Program-made: the position numbers and the translations under genes
Shown: piece after piece, positions 28,894 through 39,231 of the stretch
Position numbering within the stretch: position 1 is the first letter of the stretch
Layout: every line of letters starts with the position of its first letter
NCBI GenBank assembly: GCA_050010675.1
Contig: JBEKKN010000001.1
Location: 7,465-71,464 of the forward strand
Direction: 5' to 3'
Source: Verrucomicrobiota bacterium
GTDB lineage: Bacteria; Verrucomicrobiota; Verrucomicrobiia; Limisphaerales; UBA11358
Length of the DNA: 64,000 nt
Notes under the pieces: model-generated
What the model was told of the DNA's origin: nothing
What the model saw: only the letters and a program-made list of their open reading frames with translations
Database searches by the model: none

Positions 28894-30537
28894 ATGAATG
28901 CAACAATCAAACCACTCACCCAACGCCCGGCTTGGAAAGCCCTCGCCGTGCATCACAAGCAAATCCAAAAACTGCCCCTGCGAAAACTGTTCGCTGAAGA
29001 CGCCAAACGCGGCCAAAGATTCACGGCCGAGGCCGGCGGATTGTTTCTGGACTTCTCCAAAAATTGCATCACCGACCAGACGCTCAAGCTGCTCCGGCAA
29101 CTGGCCGGGGAATCCGGTCTGCGCGGCAAAATGGACGCGATGTTTGGCGGCGAAAAAATCAACGTCACGGAAAACCGCGCCGTCCTGCACGTGGCGCTGC
29201 GCGCACCGAACGGAGCAAGTATCTTCGCGGATGGCAAGAACGTCGTGCCGGAAGTCCGCGCCGTGCTCGACAAGATGGCGAAGTTTTCCAATCGCGTCCG
29301 GAGCGGCGAATGGAAAGGGCATACCGGCAAACGCATCAAGAATGTCATCAACATCGGCATTGGTGGCTCCGATCTGGGTCCGGTCATGGCTTACGAGGCG
29401 CTGAAACATTACAGCGAGCGCCGCCTCAACTTCCACTTCATCTCGAATGTGGACGGGATGGATTTTGTGGAAGCCGTCCGCGATCTCGACCCGGCGGAAA
29501 CGCTGTTCATTATTTCGTCAAAAACCTTCACGACACTGGAAACCATGACGAATGCGCAAAGCGCGTGCGACTGGCTGCTGGCCGGACTCGGCGGCGAGGT
29601 CAAAGCCGTGGCGAAACATTTCGTGGCGGTCTCGACCAATGCCGAAAAAGTTTCCGCGTTCGGCATCGATACGGCGAACATGTTCGGCTTCTGGGACTGG
29701 GTGGGCGGACGTTATTCAATGGACTCGGCCATCGGCCTTTCGACGATGCTCGCGGTTGGCCCGGACAATTTCCGCGCGCTGCTCGCCGGCTTTCACGAAA
29801 TGGACGAACATTTCCGCACCGCGCCGTTTGAAAGGAACCTGCCGGTGCTGATGGGACTTCTGTCGGTTTGGAACAACGATTTTCTCGGCGCGCAAACCGT
29901 GGCCGTGCTGCCCTACGAACAATATCTGAAACGCTTTCCCGCGTATCTTCAGCAGTTGACGATGGAGAGCAACGGCAAACACGTCACGCTCGACGGTAAA
30001 AAAGTGAATTACCAGACCGGGCCGGTTTACTGGGGCGAACCCGGCACGAACGGCCAACACTCGTTTTATCAATTGATTCATCAGGGCACGCGGCTGATCC
30101 CATGCGACTTCATCGCGTTTGGCCACGCCCTTGCTCCGTTGGGCCGGCACCACGACATTCTGCTGGCGAACGTTTTTGCCCAGGCCGAGGCTCTCGCTTT
30201 TGGCAAAACCGCTGAAGAAGTCAAAGCTGAAGGCACGCCGGCCTGGCTGGTGCCGCATCGGGTTTTTGAGGGTAATCGTCCGTCCAACGTCATTCTCGCC
30301 GACCGGCTCACGCCGGAGATTCTCGGCCAGCTCGTCGCGCTTTACGAACACAGCGTCTTCACGCAGGGCGCGATTTGGAACATTGATTCATTTGATCAAT
30401 GGGGCGTCGAGTTGGGCAAGGTGCTCGCCCAGCGGATCGTTCCTGAATTGGAAAGCAAAACCCCGCCCAGACTCAATCACGACAGTTCAACGAACAACTT
30501 GATCAGCCGTTATCGGAAATTGAAGGGGACGGAATAA
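28894..30537 (+). CDS. pgi: glucose-6-phosphate isomerase
   Basis: 547 aa. [24 protein letters not shown] and ESNGK are PGI signatures. Confidence 0.95.
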   Translation: MNATIKPLTQRPAWKALAVHHKQIQKLPLRKLFAEDAKRGQRFTAEAGGLFLDFSKNCITDQTLKLLRQLAGESGLRGKMDAMFGGEKINVTENRAVLHVALRAPNGASIFADGKNVVPEVRAVLDKMAKFSNRVRSGEWKGHTGKRIKNVINIGIGGSDLGPVMAYEALKHYSERRLNFHFISNVDGMDFVEAVRDLDPAETLFIISSKTFTTLETMTNAQSACDWLLAGLGGEVKAVAKHFVAVSTNAEKVSAFGIDTANMFGFWDWVGGRYSMDSAIGLSTMLAVGPDNFRALLAGFHEMDEHFRTAPFERNLPVLMGLLSVWNNDFLGAQTVAVLPYEQYLKRFPAYLQQLTMESNGKHVTLDGKKVNYQTGPVYWGEPGTNGQHSFYQLIHQGTRLIPCDFIAFGHALAPLGRHHDILLANVFAQAEALAFGKTAEEVKAEGTPAWLVPHRVFEGNRPSNVILADRLTPEILGQLVALYEHSVFTQGAIWNIDSFDQWGVELGKVLAQRIVPELESKTPPRLNHDSSTNNLISRYRKLKGTE

Positions 30538-30588
30538 AACCCTCTGCTGGATTCATTTTCGGCGGCCGCTGTTCTTCGATTTTCCGCG

Positions 30589-30633
30589 GTAGGGTTTTAC
30601 CCCATGGCGAAGCCGCCCCCGTCGGCACAAATT
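30589..30633 (+). promoter_or_regulatory. candidate promoter, site f: GTAGGGTTTTACCCCAT-N22-CAAATT
   Basis: Same element, orientation and spacer. The hexamer is weaker. A 103-nt leader with a GAAGGAG RBS precedes ATG 30737. Confidence 0.45.
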
Positions 30634-30736
30634 GAGTAGGCACTGGCAACCGCAACGATCGCGGTGCAACTGATTTCTTAAGCAGCCGCCTGCCGACAAA
30701 GAACAAAAGCGAAACGCAAAAAACGAAGGAGCTATT

Positions 30737-31495
30737 ATGTTAATTAAAGCCAAAACACTGGAAGGTTACAAATTGGACAGCCTCAACGGGGAAATCGGGA
30801 AGGTCAAAGAATTCTACTTCGATGACCGGCACTGGACCATCCGTTATCTGGTTGCGGAAACCGGAACCTGGCTGGCGGACCGGCAGGTGCTGATTTCTCC
30901 GTATGCGCTGGCCACCGTGAACAAAACTGAACGTAACATCGGCGTTGATTTAACTAAAAAGCAGATTGAGGACAGTCCCTCCCTGGACACCCACAAGCCA
31001 GTCTCCCACCAATTCGAGCAGGCCTATTACGGGCATTACGGCTACCCGGAGTATTGGAGTGGCCCCTTCAGCTGGGGATATAATCCTTACCTGATGCGTG
31101 ATCCCGAGCAATGGAAAACACCCCCCCAGGACAAGAAGGGGTGGGATCGCCATTTGCGCAGCACTTACGGTGTCAGCGGCCATCATATTCAAGCCTTGGA
31201 TGGCGAGATTGGCCACGTCCAGGATTTTATCATCGATGACGAGACATGGGCGATCCGCTATCTCATCGTGGACACCCATAACTGGTGGCCGGGCAAAAAG
31301 GTCCTGGTCTCACCACTATGGATCGAGCGCGTCAGTTGGGGCGAGCGGATGGTCTTCGTCAACCTGGATCGCGAAACCATCAAGCAGTCACCGCCATACA
31401 CGGAGGCATCTCTGCTGACCCGGGATTATGAGATTGGCCTGCATCGTCATTACCATCGCAAGGGTTACTGGGTGGACGAACTGGTGGCCATATAG
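30737..31495 (+). CDS. PRC-barrel domain protein (two PRC barrels)
   Basis: The pattern GYKLDSLNGEIGKVKEFYFDDRHWTIRYLV recurs as GHHIQALDGEIGHVQDFIIDDETWAIRYLIV. Confidence 0.8.
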   Translation: MLIKAKTLEGYKLDSLNGEIGKVKEFYFDDRHWTIRYLVAETGTWLADRQVLISPYALATVNKTERNIGVDLTKKQIEDSPSLDTHKPVSHQFEQAYYGHYGYPEYWSGPFSWGYNPYLMRDPEQWKTPPQDKKGWDRHLRSTYGVSGHHIQALDGEIGHVQDFIIDDETWAIRYLIVDTHNWWPGKKVLVSPLWIERVSWGERMVFVNLDRETIKQSPPYTEASLLTRDYEIGLHRHYHRKGYWVDELVAI

Positions 31496-31594
31496 CAGGC
31501 CAATTGACCGACGGCCTCCGCTCAACGTCTGGATCGCCCGGGGTGAGCTGGCCCGGCGCGATGAAAAGAATCTTATGATGAACCAAACCAACGG

Positions 31595-31699
31595 ATGGAT
31601 GGGGGATGGGCCGGCGGAGGAATCTGGATTTGGACGGTGATCGGTGCGGCGGTGGTGGTACTGCTGGTCGTTGTGATTGGCAAGCTGTCCAAGAAATAA
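31595..31699 (+). CDS. possible 34-aa single-TM peptide (below the ORF-track cutoff)
   Basis: My own translation gives MDGGWAGGGIWIWTVIGAAVVVLLVVVIGKLSKK, a clean hydrophobic helix with a KLSKK anchor. It sits between the PRC-barrel gene and xfp. Confidence 0.3.
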   Translation: MDGGWAGGGIWIWTVIGAAVVVLLVVVIGKLSKK

Positions 31700-31789
31700 T
31701 CAAGCGTTCACGACCCGCCGGTGAAGTGAACCGGTATGGCGGATCTCATCAGCAACGCCTTGCGGCTGAGGAAAGTGAACCTGTAATTT

Positions 31790-34288
31790 ATGCGAAACAA
31801 GAAAACCAAAACTCTCATTCCGGAACTGCTCCACCAGATGGACGCCTACTGGCGTGCCGCGAACTATCTGTCGGTCGGGCAGATCTATCTCTACGACAAT
31901 CCGTTGCTCAAGCGGCCGCTGAAGCTCTCTGACGTAAAGCCGCTGGTGGTCGGACACTGGGGTACGACGCCCGGCCAGAATTTCATCTATGTCCACCTGA
32001 ACCGGGTCATTAAAAAGTATGACCTGGATATGTTCTACATTGCCGGACCCGGTCACGGCGGCCCGGCCATAGTGGGCAATGTCTATCTCGAAGGCACCTG
32101 GAGCGAGGTTTATCCGAACGTCACCCAGGACGAAGCTGGGCTCAAAAAACTGTTCACGCAATTCTCCTTTCCCGGCGGGATTTCCAGCCACGTCGCGCCG
32201 ACGACTCCGGGTTCGATTCACGAGGGCGGCGAGCTGGGCTATTCGCTGTCACACGCTTTCGGTGCGGCATTCGATAATCCCGGTCTGATCGTCGCCTGCG
32301 TGGTCGGCGACGGTGAAGCGGAAACCGGCCCGCTGGCGACCGCCTGGCAATCCAACAAGTTTCTCGACCCGATCACCGACGGGGCCGTGCTGCCAATCCT
32401 GCATCTTAATGGTTACAAGATCAGCAACCCGACTCTGCTGGCGCGCATTGAACATGAGGAATTGGAGCAATTTATCCGCGGCTGCGGCTGGACGCCTTAC
32501 TTTGTGGAAGGTGACGAGCCGGATAAAATGCACGAACTCATGGCGGCGACCTTGGATAAAGCCATCGAAGACATCCGGCATATTCAAAAGAAAGCGCGGG
32601 ACAATCGGGACACCACCCGGCCGCGGTGGCCGATGATCGTTCTCAAGTCGCCGAAGGGTTGGACCGGACCGAAAGAAGTGGATGGTTTGAAAGTGGAAGG
32701 CACCTTCCGCGCACACCAGGTGCCACTTCTGGTGGATGCCGAACATCCCCAGCACGTCAAACAACTTGAAAGGTGGATGAAAAGTTACAAGGCCGAAGAA
32801 TTGTTCGATAAAAATGGCCGGCTCAATCCGGACCTGGCAGAACTCGCGCCGAAAGGCAACCGGCGGATGGGGGCTAATCCCCACGCCAACGGCGGCATTC
32901 TGCTGCGCGACTTGCGGATGCCCGACTTCCACGACCATGCGGTGACTGTGCCTTCGCCCGGGGCGGTGGATGGACAGGATACCATGGTGCTGGGCAAATT
33001 CCTGCGCGACGTGGTCAAACTCAATGCGGGTAATTTTCGCGTCTTCGGCCCGGATGAAACCCTTTCCAATCTGTTGGGCGCGGTCTTCGAAACCACCAAC
33101 CGTCAATGGGATGCACAGGAAGTAAAGACGGACGAATTCCTCGCGCCGGCCGGACGCGTGGTGGACTCGATGTTGAGTGAACACCAGTGCGAAGGGTGGT
33201 TGGAAGGTTATTTGCTGACCGGACGGCACGGGCTGTTCAACAGCTATGAGGCGTTCATTCGCATCGTGGACTCGATGTTCAGCCAGCACGCCAAATGGCT
33301 GAAGGTCACTTCGGAACTGCCCTGGCGCCGAAAGATTGCGTCGCTGAACTATCTGCTCGCGTCGCACGTCTGGCAGCAGGATCATAATGGCTTCACCCAT
33401 CAGGATCCCGGCTTCCTCGACCATGTCATCAACAAGAAGGCCGACATTGTGCGCGTTTATTTGCCGCCGGATGCGAACTGTCTGCTGTCCGTTTTTGATC
33501 ATTGCCTGCGCAGCCGGCACTACGTCAACGTGGTGGTGGCCGGCAAACACCCGTTGCCCCAGTGGCTGACCATGGACGCCGCCGTGGTGCATTGCACCGA
33601 GGGCATTGGCATCTGGCAATGGGCGAGCAACGACCAGGGCTCCGAGCCGGACGTGGTGATGGCCTGTTGCGGCGACACGCCCACGCTGGAGATTCTGGCC
33701 GCCGTTTCCATTCTGCGCGAACACCTGCCCGATCTAAAAATCCGGGTGATCAATGTCGTTGACCTGATGAAGCTCCAGCCCAAAACCGAACATCCGCACG
33801 GGTTGAGCGAAACGGATTACGATTCGCTGTTCACCAAAGACAAGCACATCATCTTTGGCTTTCATGGCTACCCGTGGCTGGTTCACCGGCTGACCTATCG
33901 TCGCACCAATCGCAACCTCCACGTCCGTGGCTACAAGGAAGAAGGCACCATCACCACCGCCTTCGACATGCGGGTGCAGAACGACCTGGATCGCTTTCAT
34001 CTGGTGCAAGACGTGGTGGACCGCGTGCCGAATCTGGGTTCCAAAGGCGCCTACCTGAAGCAGCAGATGCAGGACAAGCTCATCGAGCACAAGCGCTACA
34101 TTGACAAGCACGGCCAGGACCTGCCGGAGATTCGGAATTGGAAGTGGGGTCAGGGTGAAACGCAAAACGGGAAACCGCTGGCGGAAAAAATTTGTGTGCC
34201 GGAATTAAAGTCACGGCGAATCAGCGCGATCAAAAATGGAAAGCATAACAACGTGAAACGAACCAAAGGAGTCCAACATGCCCATTAA
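31790..34288 (+). CDS. xfp: xylulose-5-phosphate/fructose-6-phosphate phosphoketolase
   Basis: 832 aa. [27 protein letters not shown] and [12 protein letters not shown] are phosphoketolase signatures. Confidence 0.95.
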   Translation: MRNKKTKTLIPELLHQMDAYWRAANYLSVGQIYLYDNPLLKRPLKLSDVKPLVVGHWGTTPGQNFIYVHLNRVIKKYDLDMFYIAGPGHGGPAIVGNVYLEGTWSEVYPNVTQDEAGLKKLFTQFSFPGGISSHVAPTTPGSIHEGGELGYSLSHAFGAAFDNPGLIVACVVGDGEAETGPLATAWQSNKFLDPITDGAVLPILHLNGYKISNPTLLARIEHEELEQFIRGCGWTPYFVEGDEPDKMHELMAATLDKAIEDIRHIQKKARDNRDTTRPRWPMIVLKSPKGWTGPKEVDGLKVEGTFRAHQVPLLVDAEHPQHVKQLERWMKSYKAEELFDKNGRLNPDLAELAPKGNRRMGANPHANGGILLRDLRMPDFHDHAVTVPSPGAVDGQDTMVLGKFLRDVVKLNAGNFRVFGPDETLSNLLGAVFETTNRQWDAQEVKTDEFLAPAGRVVDSMLSEHQCEGWLEGYLLTGRHGLFNSYEAFIRIVDSMFSQHAKWLKVTSELPWRRKIASLNYLLASHVWQQDHNGFTHQDPGFLDHVINKKADIVRVYLPPDANCLLSVFDHCLRSRHYVNVVVAGKHPLPQWLTMDAAVVHCTEGIGIWQWASNDQGSEPDVVMACCGDTPTLEILAAVSILREHLPDLKIRVINVVDLMKLQPKTEHPHGLSETDYDSLFTKDKHIIFGFHGYPWLVHRLTYRRTNRNLHVRGYKEEGTITTAFDMRVQNDLDRFHLVQDVVDRVPNLGSKGAYLKQQMQDKLIEHKRYIDKHGQDLPEIRNWKWGQGETQNGKPLAEKICVPELKSRRISAIKNGKHNNVKRTKGVQHAH

Positions 34289-34640
34289 TCTCACGGAAGA
34301 AAACAGCGGAAAGATGCTCACCGTCCACGTCAGCGGAAAGCTGGTGAAAGCAGATTACGAGCGCTTCGTGCCCGAGTTCGAGCGACTCGTCCGGCAGCAC
34401 GGAAAGTTGCGCGTGCTGTTCGACATGACCGGCTTTCACGGCTGGACAGCCGGCGCTTTGTGGGCGGACACGAAGTTTGCGGTGCATCATTTCAGCGACA
34501 TTGAGCGCTTGGCGGTGGTCGGAGAGAAGAAATGGCAGGAAGGCATGGCGACGTTTTGCAAACCGTTCACGAAAGCGACGATTCGTTACTTCGATCACGC
34601 CGATGCCGCTGAGGCGCTGAAGTGGTTGGCGGAAGCATAG
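34278..34640 (+). CDS. STAS/SpoIIAA-like domain protein (DUF3478 type)
   Basis: 120 aa. The pattern [36 protein letters not shown]...AVVGEKKWQ matches. It overlaps the xfp end by 11 nt. Confidence 0.7.
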   Translation: MPINLTEENSGKMLTVHVSGKLVKADYERFVPEFERLVRQHGKLRVLFDMTGFHGWTAGALWADTKFAVHHFSDIERLAVVGEKKWQEGMATFCKPFTKATIRYFDHADAAEALKWLAEA

Positions 34641-34646
34641 CAGCTT

Positions 34647-34865
34647 ATGAATGAATTAAAGGATGAACACAAGTCGCACGGAGATCCGAATGGTGGCCCG
34701 ATTAACCACGGGCAACCGCCTTATTGGCGACGGGCGCATCGGGACTGGCGCATCTGGTTCTGCGTGATTTTGATGCTGGTGGCCATGGTGGTTTATTTGA
34801 TGACCGGTGATTTGCGCTGGCCGTTTCATGGCCATCCGCAGCCGATGGTACCAATCGCCGGCTGA
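34647..34865 (+). CDS. hypothetical small membrane protein
   Basis: 72 aa with one TM segment (WFCVILMLVAMVVYLM). It starts 6 nt after the STAS gene. Confidence 0.45.
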   Translation: MNELKDEHKSHGDPNGGPINHGQPPYWRRAHRDWRIWFCVILMLVAMVVYLMTGDLRWPFHGHPQPMVPIAG

Positions 34866-35170
34866 AAAATCGCCGTCGAGTCATATCCAGCCTTGGGTGA
34901 ACAGGAATTCGTCCGCGACGGCTTGCCAAGGATTTAGCAGGCAGCAACTTCGCAGCGCGAAATGAATTTGTCCTATTGCGTCAGGGTTAATGGCAGCATC
35001 AACGACGAGACCGGTGCCGACCATGCCCGCGCCGGCGCAGATCCCTTTGTAGTGGGCACGAGCTTGTCTGGTACTCGCGACCTAAAATCTCAGCGTCACC
35101 CAATTGCGCCGGAGGGTGAGCGAGGGATCCCAAGCTGATGGGATTGAATCATTAAGTCCGAATCGTTGCG

Positions 35171-35216
35171 ATGGGGTGAATACCCCATAGTGCCGGCCGA
35201 GGGTTCGATTTATAGT
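35171..35216 (+). promoter_or_regulatory. candidate promoter, site g: ATGGGGTGAATACCCCAT-N22-TATAGT
   Basis: Perfect 7+7 dyad with the same orientation and spacer, and the best -10 of the set. ATG 35225 lies 8 nt after the hexamer and opens only 9 codons. The DUF3300 gene starts at 35262. Confidence 0.6.
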
Positions 35217-35261
35217 GACGCGTGATGGGAAACATTGGCCGGTTCAATTCCTGATATCGCG

Positions 35262-36386
35262 ATGAATTTATTGATTAAAATCCCTCTTCTGCTGTGCCTG
35301 CTCGCTGGCACGACCTTGTCGGTGCGGGCACAAGCAGCGGTTCCGCCCCCAATGCCTGCTTATGAAGCGCTTACCGCCGCGCAATTGGACCAGTTGCTGG
35401 GGCCCATTGCACTTTATCCCGACCCGTTGATTGCCGAAATTCTGCCGGCGTCCACCTTGCCCACGCAAATCGTACTGGCCGACCGTTATATCACGGGTGG
35501 TGGCGATCCCAACCAGGTTGGCCAGCAGCCCTGGGACGCCAGCGTCCAGGCACTGGCCCGTTATCCCAGTGTGTTGAAATGGATGGATGACAACTTGAAT
35601 TGGACGACACAGGCGGGACAGGCTTTTCTCAATCAACAGTCGGACGTGATGAACTCCATCCAACGGCTGCGGGTCACGGCTTCCAAACTGGGCAACTTGC
35701 AATCGTCTCCGCAGCAACAGGTGATTGCTGACGGCGGTGACATTGAAATAGTTCCAGCGGATCCACAGGTGATTTATGTGCCGGTTTATCAGCCAGACCA
35801 GGTTTATTATGACGCCGCGTATGGGCCGCCTTTCATCACCTTTGGCATCGGCTGGCCGATTGGCGCGTGGCTGGATTACGATTGTAATTGGGAAGGAGGC
35901 AACCTCATTTTTTGGGGCAACGGTTATTCGCGTCCGTCCAATTGGTGGCGTGAGACATCACGTCAGCGGGACATGGGCCATACGGGCGTCTGGCGGTCGG
36001 ATAATCATCCCGGCGCCGTCGCGGCCAACCGCGGCGACCGGGGTTATGGCGGGAACGCGATTTCACGTTCGACCTCTCCGGCGGTCATACGCCAGGAACT
36101 GGCCCACCCGGTTCCGCAAAAGGTTGAACACTCAACCAGCATTTCCCGACCCGCGTCCGCTCCCGATGAACGTGCCACACCCATCCGCCGGCCAGAATCA
36201 AACGGGGCCTTCATTGGCATACAAAGTTCAAGTGATACGAGAGCTTATAGCAACCGTGGACAGCAAAGCATGCAGCCCATCACCCATTCGGCGCCGGTTT
36301 CACGGCCGCAACAATCCGGTGGTGGCGGCGGTCATGTTAGCCCTGGAGGCTCCGGTGGTGGGGGCCATGGTGGTGGCAAGCACTGA
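35262..36386 (+). CDS. DUF3300 domain protein, secreted, with Gly-rich C-terminus
   Basis: Signal peptide MNLLIKIPLLLCLLAGTTLSVRAQA. QLDQLLGPIALYPDPLIAEILPASTLPTQIV is the DUF3300 hallmark. Confidence 0.8.
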   Translation: MNLLIKIPLLLCLLAGTTLSVRAQAAVPPPMPAYEALTAAQLDQLLGPIALYPDPLIAEILPASTLPTQIVLADRYITGGGDPNQVGQQPWDASVQALARYPSVLKWMDDNLNWTTQAGQAFLNQQSDVMNSIQRLRVTASKLGNLQSSPQQQVIADGGDIEIVPADPQVIYVPVYQPDQVYYDAAYGPPFITFGIGWPIGAWLDYDCNWEGGNLIFWGNGYSRPSNWWRETSRQRDMGHTGVWRSDNHPGAVAANRGDRGYGGNAISRSTSPAVIRQELAHPVPQKVEHSTSISRPASAPDERATPIRRPESNGAFIGIQSSSDTRAYSNRGQQSMQPITHSAPVSRPQQSGGGGGHVSPGGSGGGGHGGGKH

Positions 36387-36397
36387 TTTTAATCCCC

Positions 36398-37363
36398 ATG
36401 ATTTTCAAAACAATTTCGCCGATGAAAATAAAATTAATCACATGGTGGCGCCCAGCTCCAATGCTGGCAATTGGACTAGGTCTGGCGTTGCCAATTTTTG
36501 TCTCTGCACAGGAGGAGCAGGCTTTTACTTCACCCAACGACGCCGTCAATGCATTGGTGGCGGCAGCCACCAATCATGATACGAATGCCCTGCATTCGAT
36601 TTTCGGGTTGGCCGGACAATCCTTGATTTCACCCGATGTGGTCCAAGCCACTGAAGAATATAAAATGTTCGTGCAGCAACTGGTGGAAAAGACCGGGTTG
36701 ACCGCCAATTCAGATTCAAACATCACCTTGGAAGTTGGGACGAATGGCTGGCCGTTTCCCATCCCGCTGGTGAAACAAAATGGCCGGTGGTTCTTCGATA
36801 CTGCTGCCGGCAGTGAAGAAATACTCGCCCGGCGCATCGGCCGGGACGAAATTGGCGCGATCAATGTTTGCCATGCGTATGTGGATGCCCAGCGCGAATA
36901 CGCCGGTCAGGATCGTCTGGGGGACGGCGTGCTGGCCTATGCACAGTTCCTGCGCAGCTCACCCGGCACGCATGACGGACTGTTCTGGCCGACGAATCAG
37001 CCGGGCGAAATCTTGAGTCCCTTGGGTCCGCTGATCGCGCAGGCCCGGGTGGACGGTTATCAACGCCCAGCCAAAATGCTCAATGATGAACTGGCGCCGT
37101 ATCACGGTTATTATTTCAAAATCCTGACGCGTCAGGGCAGGCACACACCGGGTGGGAAATATGATTATATCATCAACGGCCACATGATTGCCGGATTTGC
37201 CTTGGTCGCCTGGCCAGCCGAATGGGGTAATACGGGCGTGATGACCTTCATCGTCAATCAACAAGGCAACGTCTTTCAAAAAAACCTCGGATCCAAGACC
37301 GAAAAGATCGCCAGCGCCATGACCACTTATGACGCTGATGACACCTGGACTTCGACCCGGTGA
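36398..37363 (+). CDS. DUF2950 domain protein, secreted
   Basis: YAQFLRSSPGTHDGLFWP and YHGYYFKILTRQG...GFALVAWPAEWGNTGVMTFIVNQQG are typical of DUF2950, the usual partner of DUF3300. An alternative start is ATG 36422. Confidence 0.8.
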   Translation: MIFKTISPMKIKLITWWRPAPMLAIGLGLALPIFVSAQEEQAFTSPNDAVNALVAAATNHDTNALHSIFGLAGQSLISPDVVQATEEYKMFVQQLVEKTGLTANSDSNITLEVGTNGWPFPIPLVKQNGRWFFDTAAGSEEILARRIGRDEIGAINVCHAYVDAQREYAGQDRLGDGVLAYAQFLRSSPGTHDGLFWPTNQPGEILSPLGPLIAQARVDGYQRPAKMLNDELAPYHGYYFKILTRQGRHTPGGKYDYIINGHMIAGFALVAWPAEWGNTGVMTFIVNQQGNVFQKNLGSKTEKIASAMTTYDADDTWTSTR

Positions 37364-38070
37364 AACTTGAAACAAACGAGAATGAGGCAATTGTTGCAAC
37401 CGGTCTGACCAAATGGTTTGGCGAGGGTGAAGCCAGGGTCACGGCCGTAAATAATGTCGGGTTGGTCGCTCATTTCGGGGAAATGCTGTTTATCGTCGGC
37501 CCTTCCGGCAGCGGCAAGACCACCATGCTGAGCATGATTTCCGGCATCCTGCGTCCCAACGCCGGCGACGTCAAAGTCAAGGGTGCCGATATCTGGACGC
37601 TGAATAATGACCAGTTGGCCGACTTTCGTCTGAACACCGTTGGCTTTGTTTTTCAAGACTACCATTTGTTTCCAAGATTGACCACGGCCGAGAATGTCGC
37701 AATCCCGCTGATTCTGAAGCAACGCAACTGGGACGAATCCATCACCGAGGCCAGGCAATACCTCGAAATCGTCGGCCTGAAAGACCGGGGCGAAATACTG
37801 CCCGTCAAGCTCTCGGGCGGCGAGCAGCAGCGCGTCGCGATTGCCCGGGCGATCATCAGCCAGCCGGAGATTCTGATTCTCGACGAACCGACGGCCTCCC
37901 TGGATGGCGACACGGGCCGGATGATCATCGCCTTCGTCAAAGAGAAGATTCTTAATGAAAAGCGCTGCATTCTGATCGTCACCCACGATGCGCGCATCAA
38001 CGAATATGCGGATCGGATCCTCCACATGGAAGATGGACATCTCACCGCCGAAGACAAGGGAACCGAATGA
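37360..38070 (+). CDS. ABC transporter ATP-binding protein (MacB/LolD/DevA-like)
   Basis: Walker A GPSGSGKTT, signature LSGGEQQRVAIARA, Walker B LILDEPTASLD. The GTG start overlaps the previous stop. Confidence 0.9.
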   Translation: MKLETNENEAIVATGLTKWFGEGEARVTAVNNVGLVAHFGEMLFIVGPSGSGKTTMLSMISGILRPNAGDVKVKGADIWTLNNDQLADFRLNTVGFVFQDYHLFPRLTTAENVAIPLILKQRNWDESITEARQYLEIVGLKDRGEILPVKLSGGEQQRVAIARAIISQPEILILDEPTASLDGDTGRMIIAFVKEKILNEKRCILIVTHDARINEYADRILHMEDGHLTAEDKGTE

Positions 38071-39200
38071 ATACCGACGACCCCAAACCAGAGGCAAAAG
38101 CGACCGCGCCCAAGCCGGAAACAGCCGCGCCGAAGCCCGATCCCAAAGCCATCGAGCTTACCCACGATAAAAAAGCGGCTGAATCCCCGCCTGAAATCAA
38201 AGCTCAAACCAAACCTGAAGTTAAGCCCGAGGCCAAAGTTGGGACCAAACCGAACACTGAAGTCAAAGCCGGCGAGACCAGGACTGAAACCAAATCCGCC
38301 GCGCCCAGGATGGCAGTCGGAAACAAGATCATTTTTACCATCGCCATCATCGGTATTCTGGCCGGACTGGTTGCCGCTTACATTTTTGGCCTGGAGCGGA
38401 AAGCCCAGCCACCGGTATTCAAACCGGTCAGCAATCCATTTGAGTCGGCCATCTATGCCAATGGCATGATTGAGAGCGACCTGCCGAGCGGAGAAAATAT
38501 CAATATTTTTCCGGAGGTTTTCGGCCCAATCACCCGGGTGTTCGTGCGCGAGGGTCAGCCGGTATCGGCCGGCACACCGCTGTTCACCATTGAGGATTCC
38601 GTGCCGAGAGCAAATATGGAACTGGCCGAAGCCAACCTGAAAGCAGCCCGCGACCAATACGACAAGCGCCGCGCCGCCTACGACGTTGACCCGAAATCGG
38701 TCAGCAAGGATGTGCTGGATACGGCGGAAGACACCTTCATCCAAGCGACCGCCGCACTGAAGGCAGCCAACGCGCTGCTGCAATATTATTCGGTCAGAGC
38801 ACCGGTAGCTGGAGTCGTGCTGGCCGTCAATGCAACGGTCGGGGGCTATGTGTCGTCACAGGGTGATTATGACACCTACACGGAATTGTTCGATCCGCTC
38901 GTCGTCATGAGCGGGCCGCAGGATTATATGGACGTGCGTTGTTATGTGGACGAGATACTGGTCTCACGATTGCCGTCTCACTGGCACATCCAGGCGCAGA
39001 TGCAAATTACCGGGACGGATGTCAAGGTGCCGCTGGAGTTTGTCCGGGTGCAACCTTATATCTCGCCCAAAATCGAACTGTCGAACGAGAAACAAGAACA
39101 AGTGGACCTGCGGGTGCTGCCGGTGATTTTCCGATTCGAAAAAAAGGACTTCCCGGTCTATCCCGGCCAGATGGTGGATGTCTTTATCGGACAAAAATAG
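38067..39200 (+). CDS. HlyD/DevB-type membrane fusion protein with K/P/E-rich N-terminal segment
   Basis: About 80 aa of low complexity (KPEAKATAPKPETAAPKPDPK...), then one TM segment, then biotinyl-lipoyl, coiled-coil and beta-barrel adaptor regions. Confidence 0.8.
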   Translation: MNTDDPKPEAKATAPKPETAAPKPDPKAIELTHDKKAAESPPEIKAQTKPEVKPEAKVGTKPNTEVKAGETRTETKSAAPRMAVGNKIIFTIAIIGILAGLVAAYIFGLERKAQPPVFKPVSNPFESAIYANGMIESDLPSGENINIFPEVFGPITRVFVREGQPVSAGTPLFTIEDSVPRANMELAEANLKAARDQYDKRRAAYDVDPKSVSKDVLDTAEDTFIQATAALKAANALLQYYSVRAPVAGVVLAVNATVGGYVSSQGDYDTYTELFDPLVVMSGPQDYMDVRCYVDEILVSRLPSHWHIQAQMQITGTDVKVPLEFVRVQPYISPKIELSNEKQEQVDLRVLPVIFRFEKKDFPVYPGQMVDVFIGQK

Positions 39201-39231
39201 CGGCAGCAAATACCATGAACCATCTCCGAAT

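Noticed and set aside
32249-33724. A 491-aa ORF on the minus strand.
   Set aside because: It lies entirely antisense to the phosphoketolase gene, which is strongly supported. It is rich in R, G, H and Q with no recognisable motifs, as is typical of antisense frames in GC-rich DNA.
34866-35170. A possible riboswitch or ncRNA in the 300-nt spacer before site g. It contains a long-range stem GCCGTCG..CGACGGC at about 34871..34921 and TCACCC..GGGTGA at about 35096..35125.
   Set aside because: I cannot match it to any riboswitch consensus by eye. The stems are short, with long loops. It would need a covariance-model search (Infernal/Rfam) before any call.
36385-36402. TTTTAATCCCCATGAT between the DUF3300 and DUF2950 genes, which resembles the right half of the dyad element.
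   Set aside because: It lacks the GGGT left half and has T instead of A before CCCC. No -10-like hexamer lies 22 nt downstream. The CAT is simply part of the ATG 36398 region.
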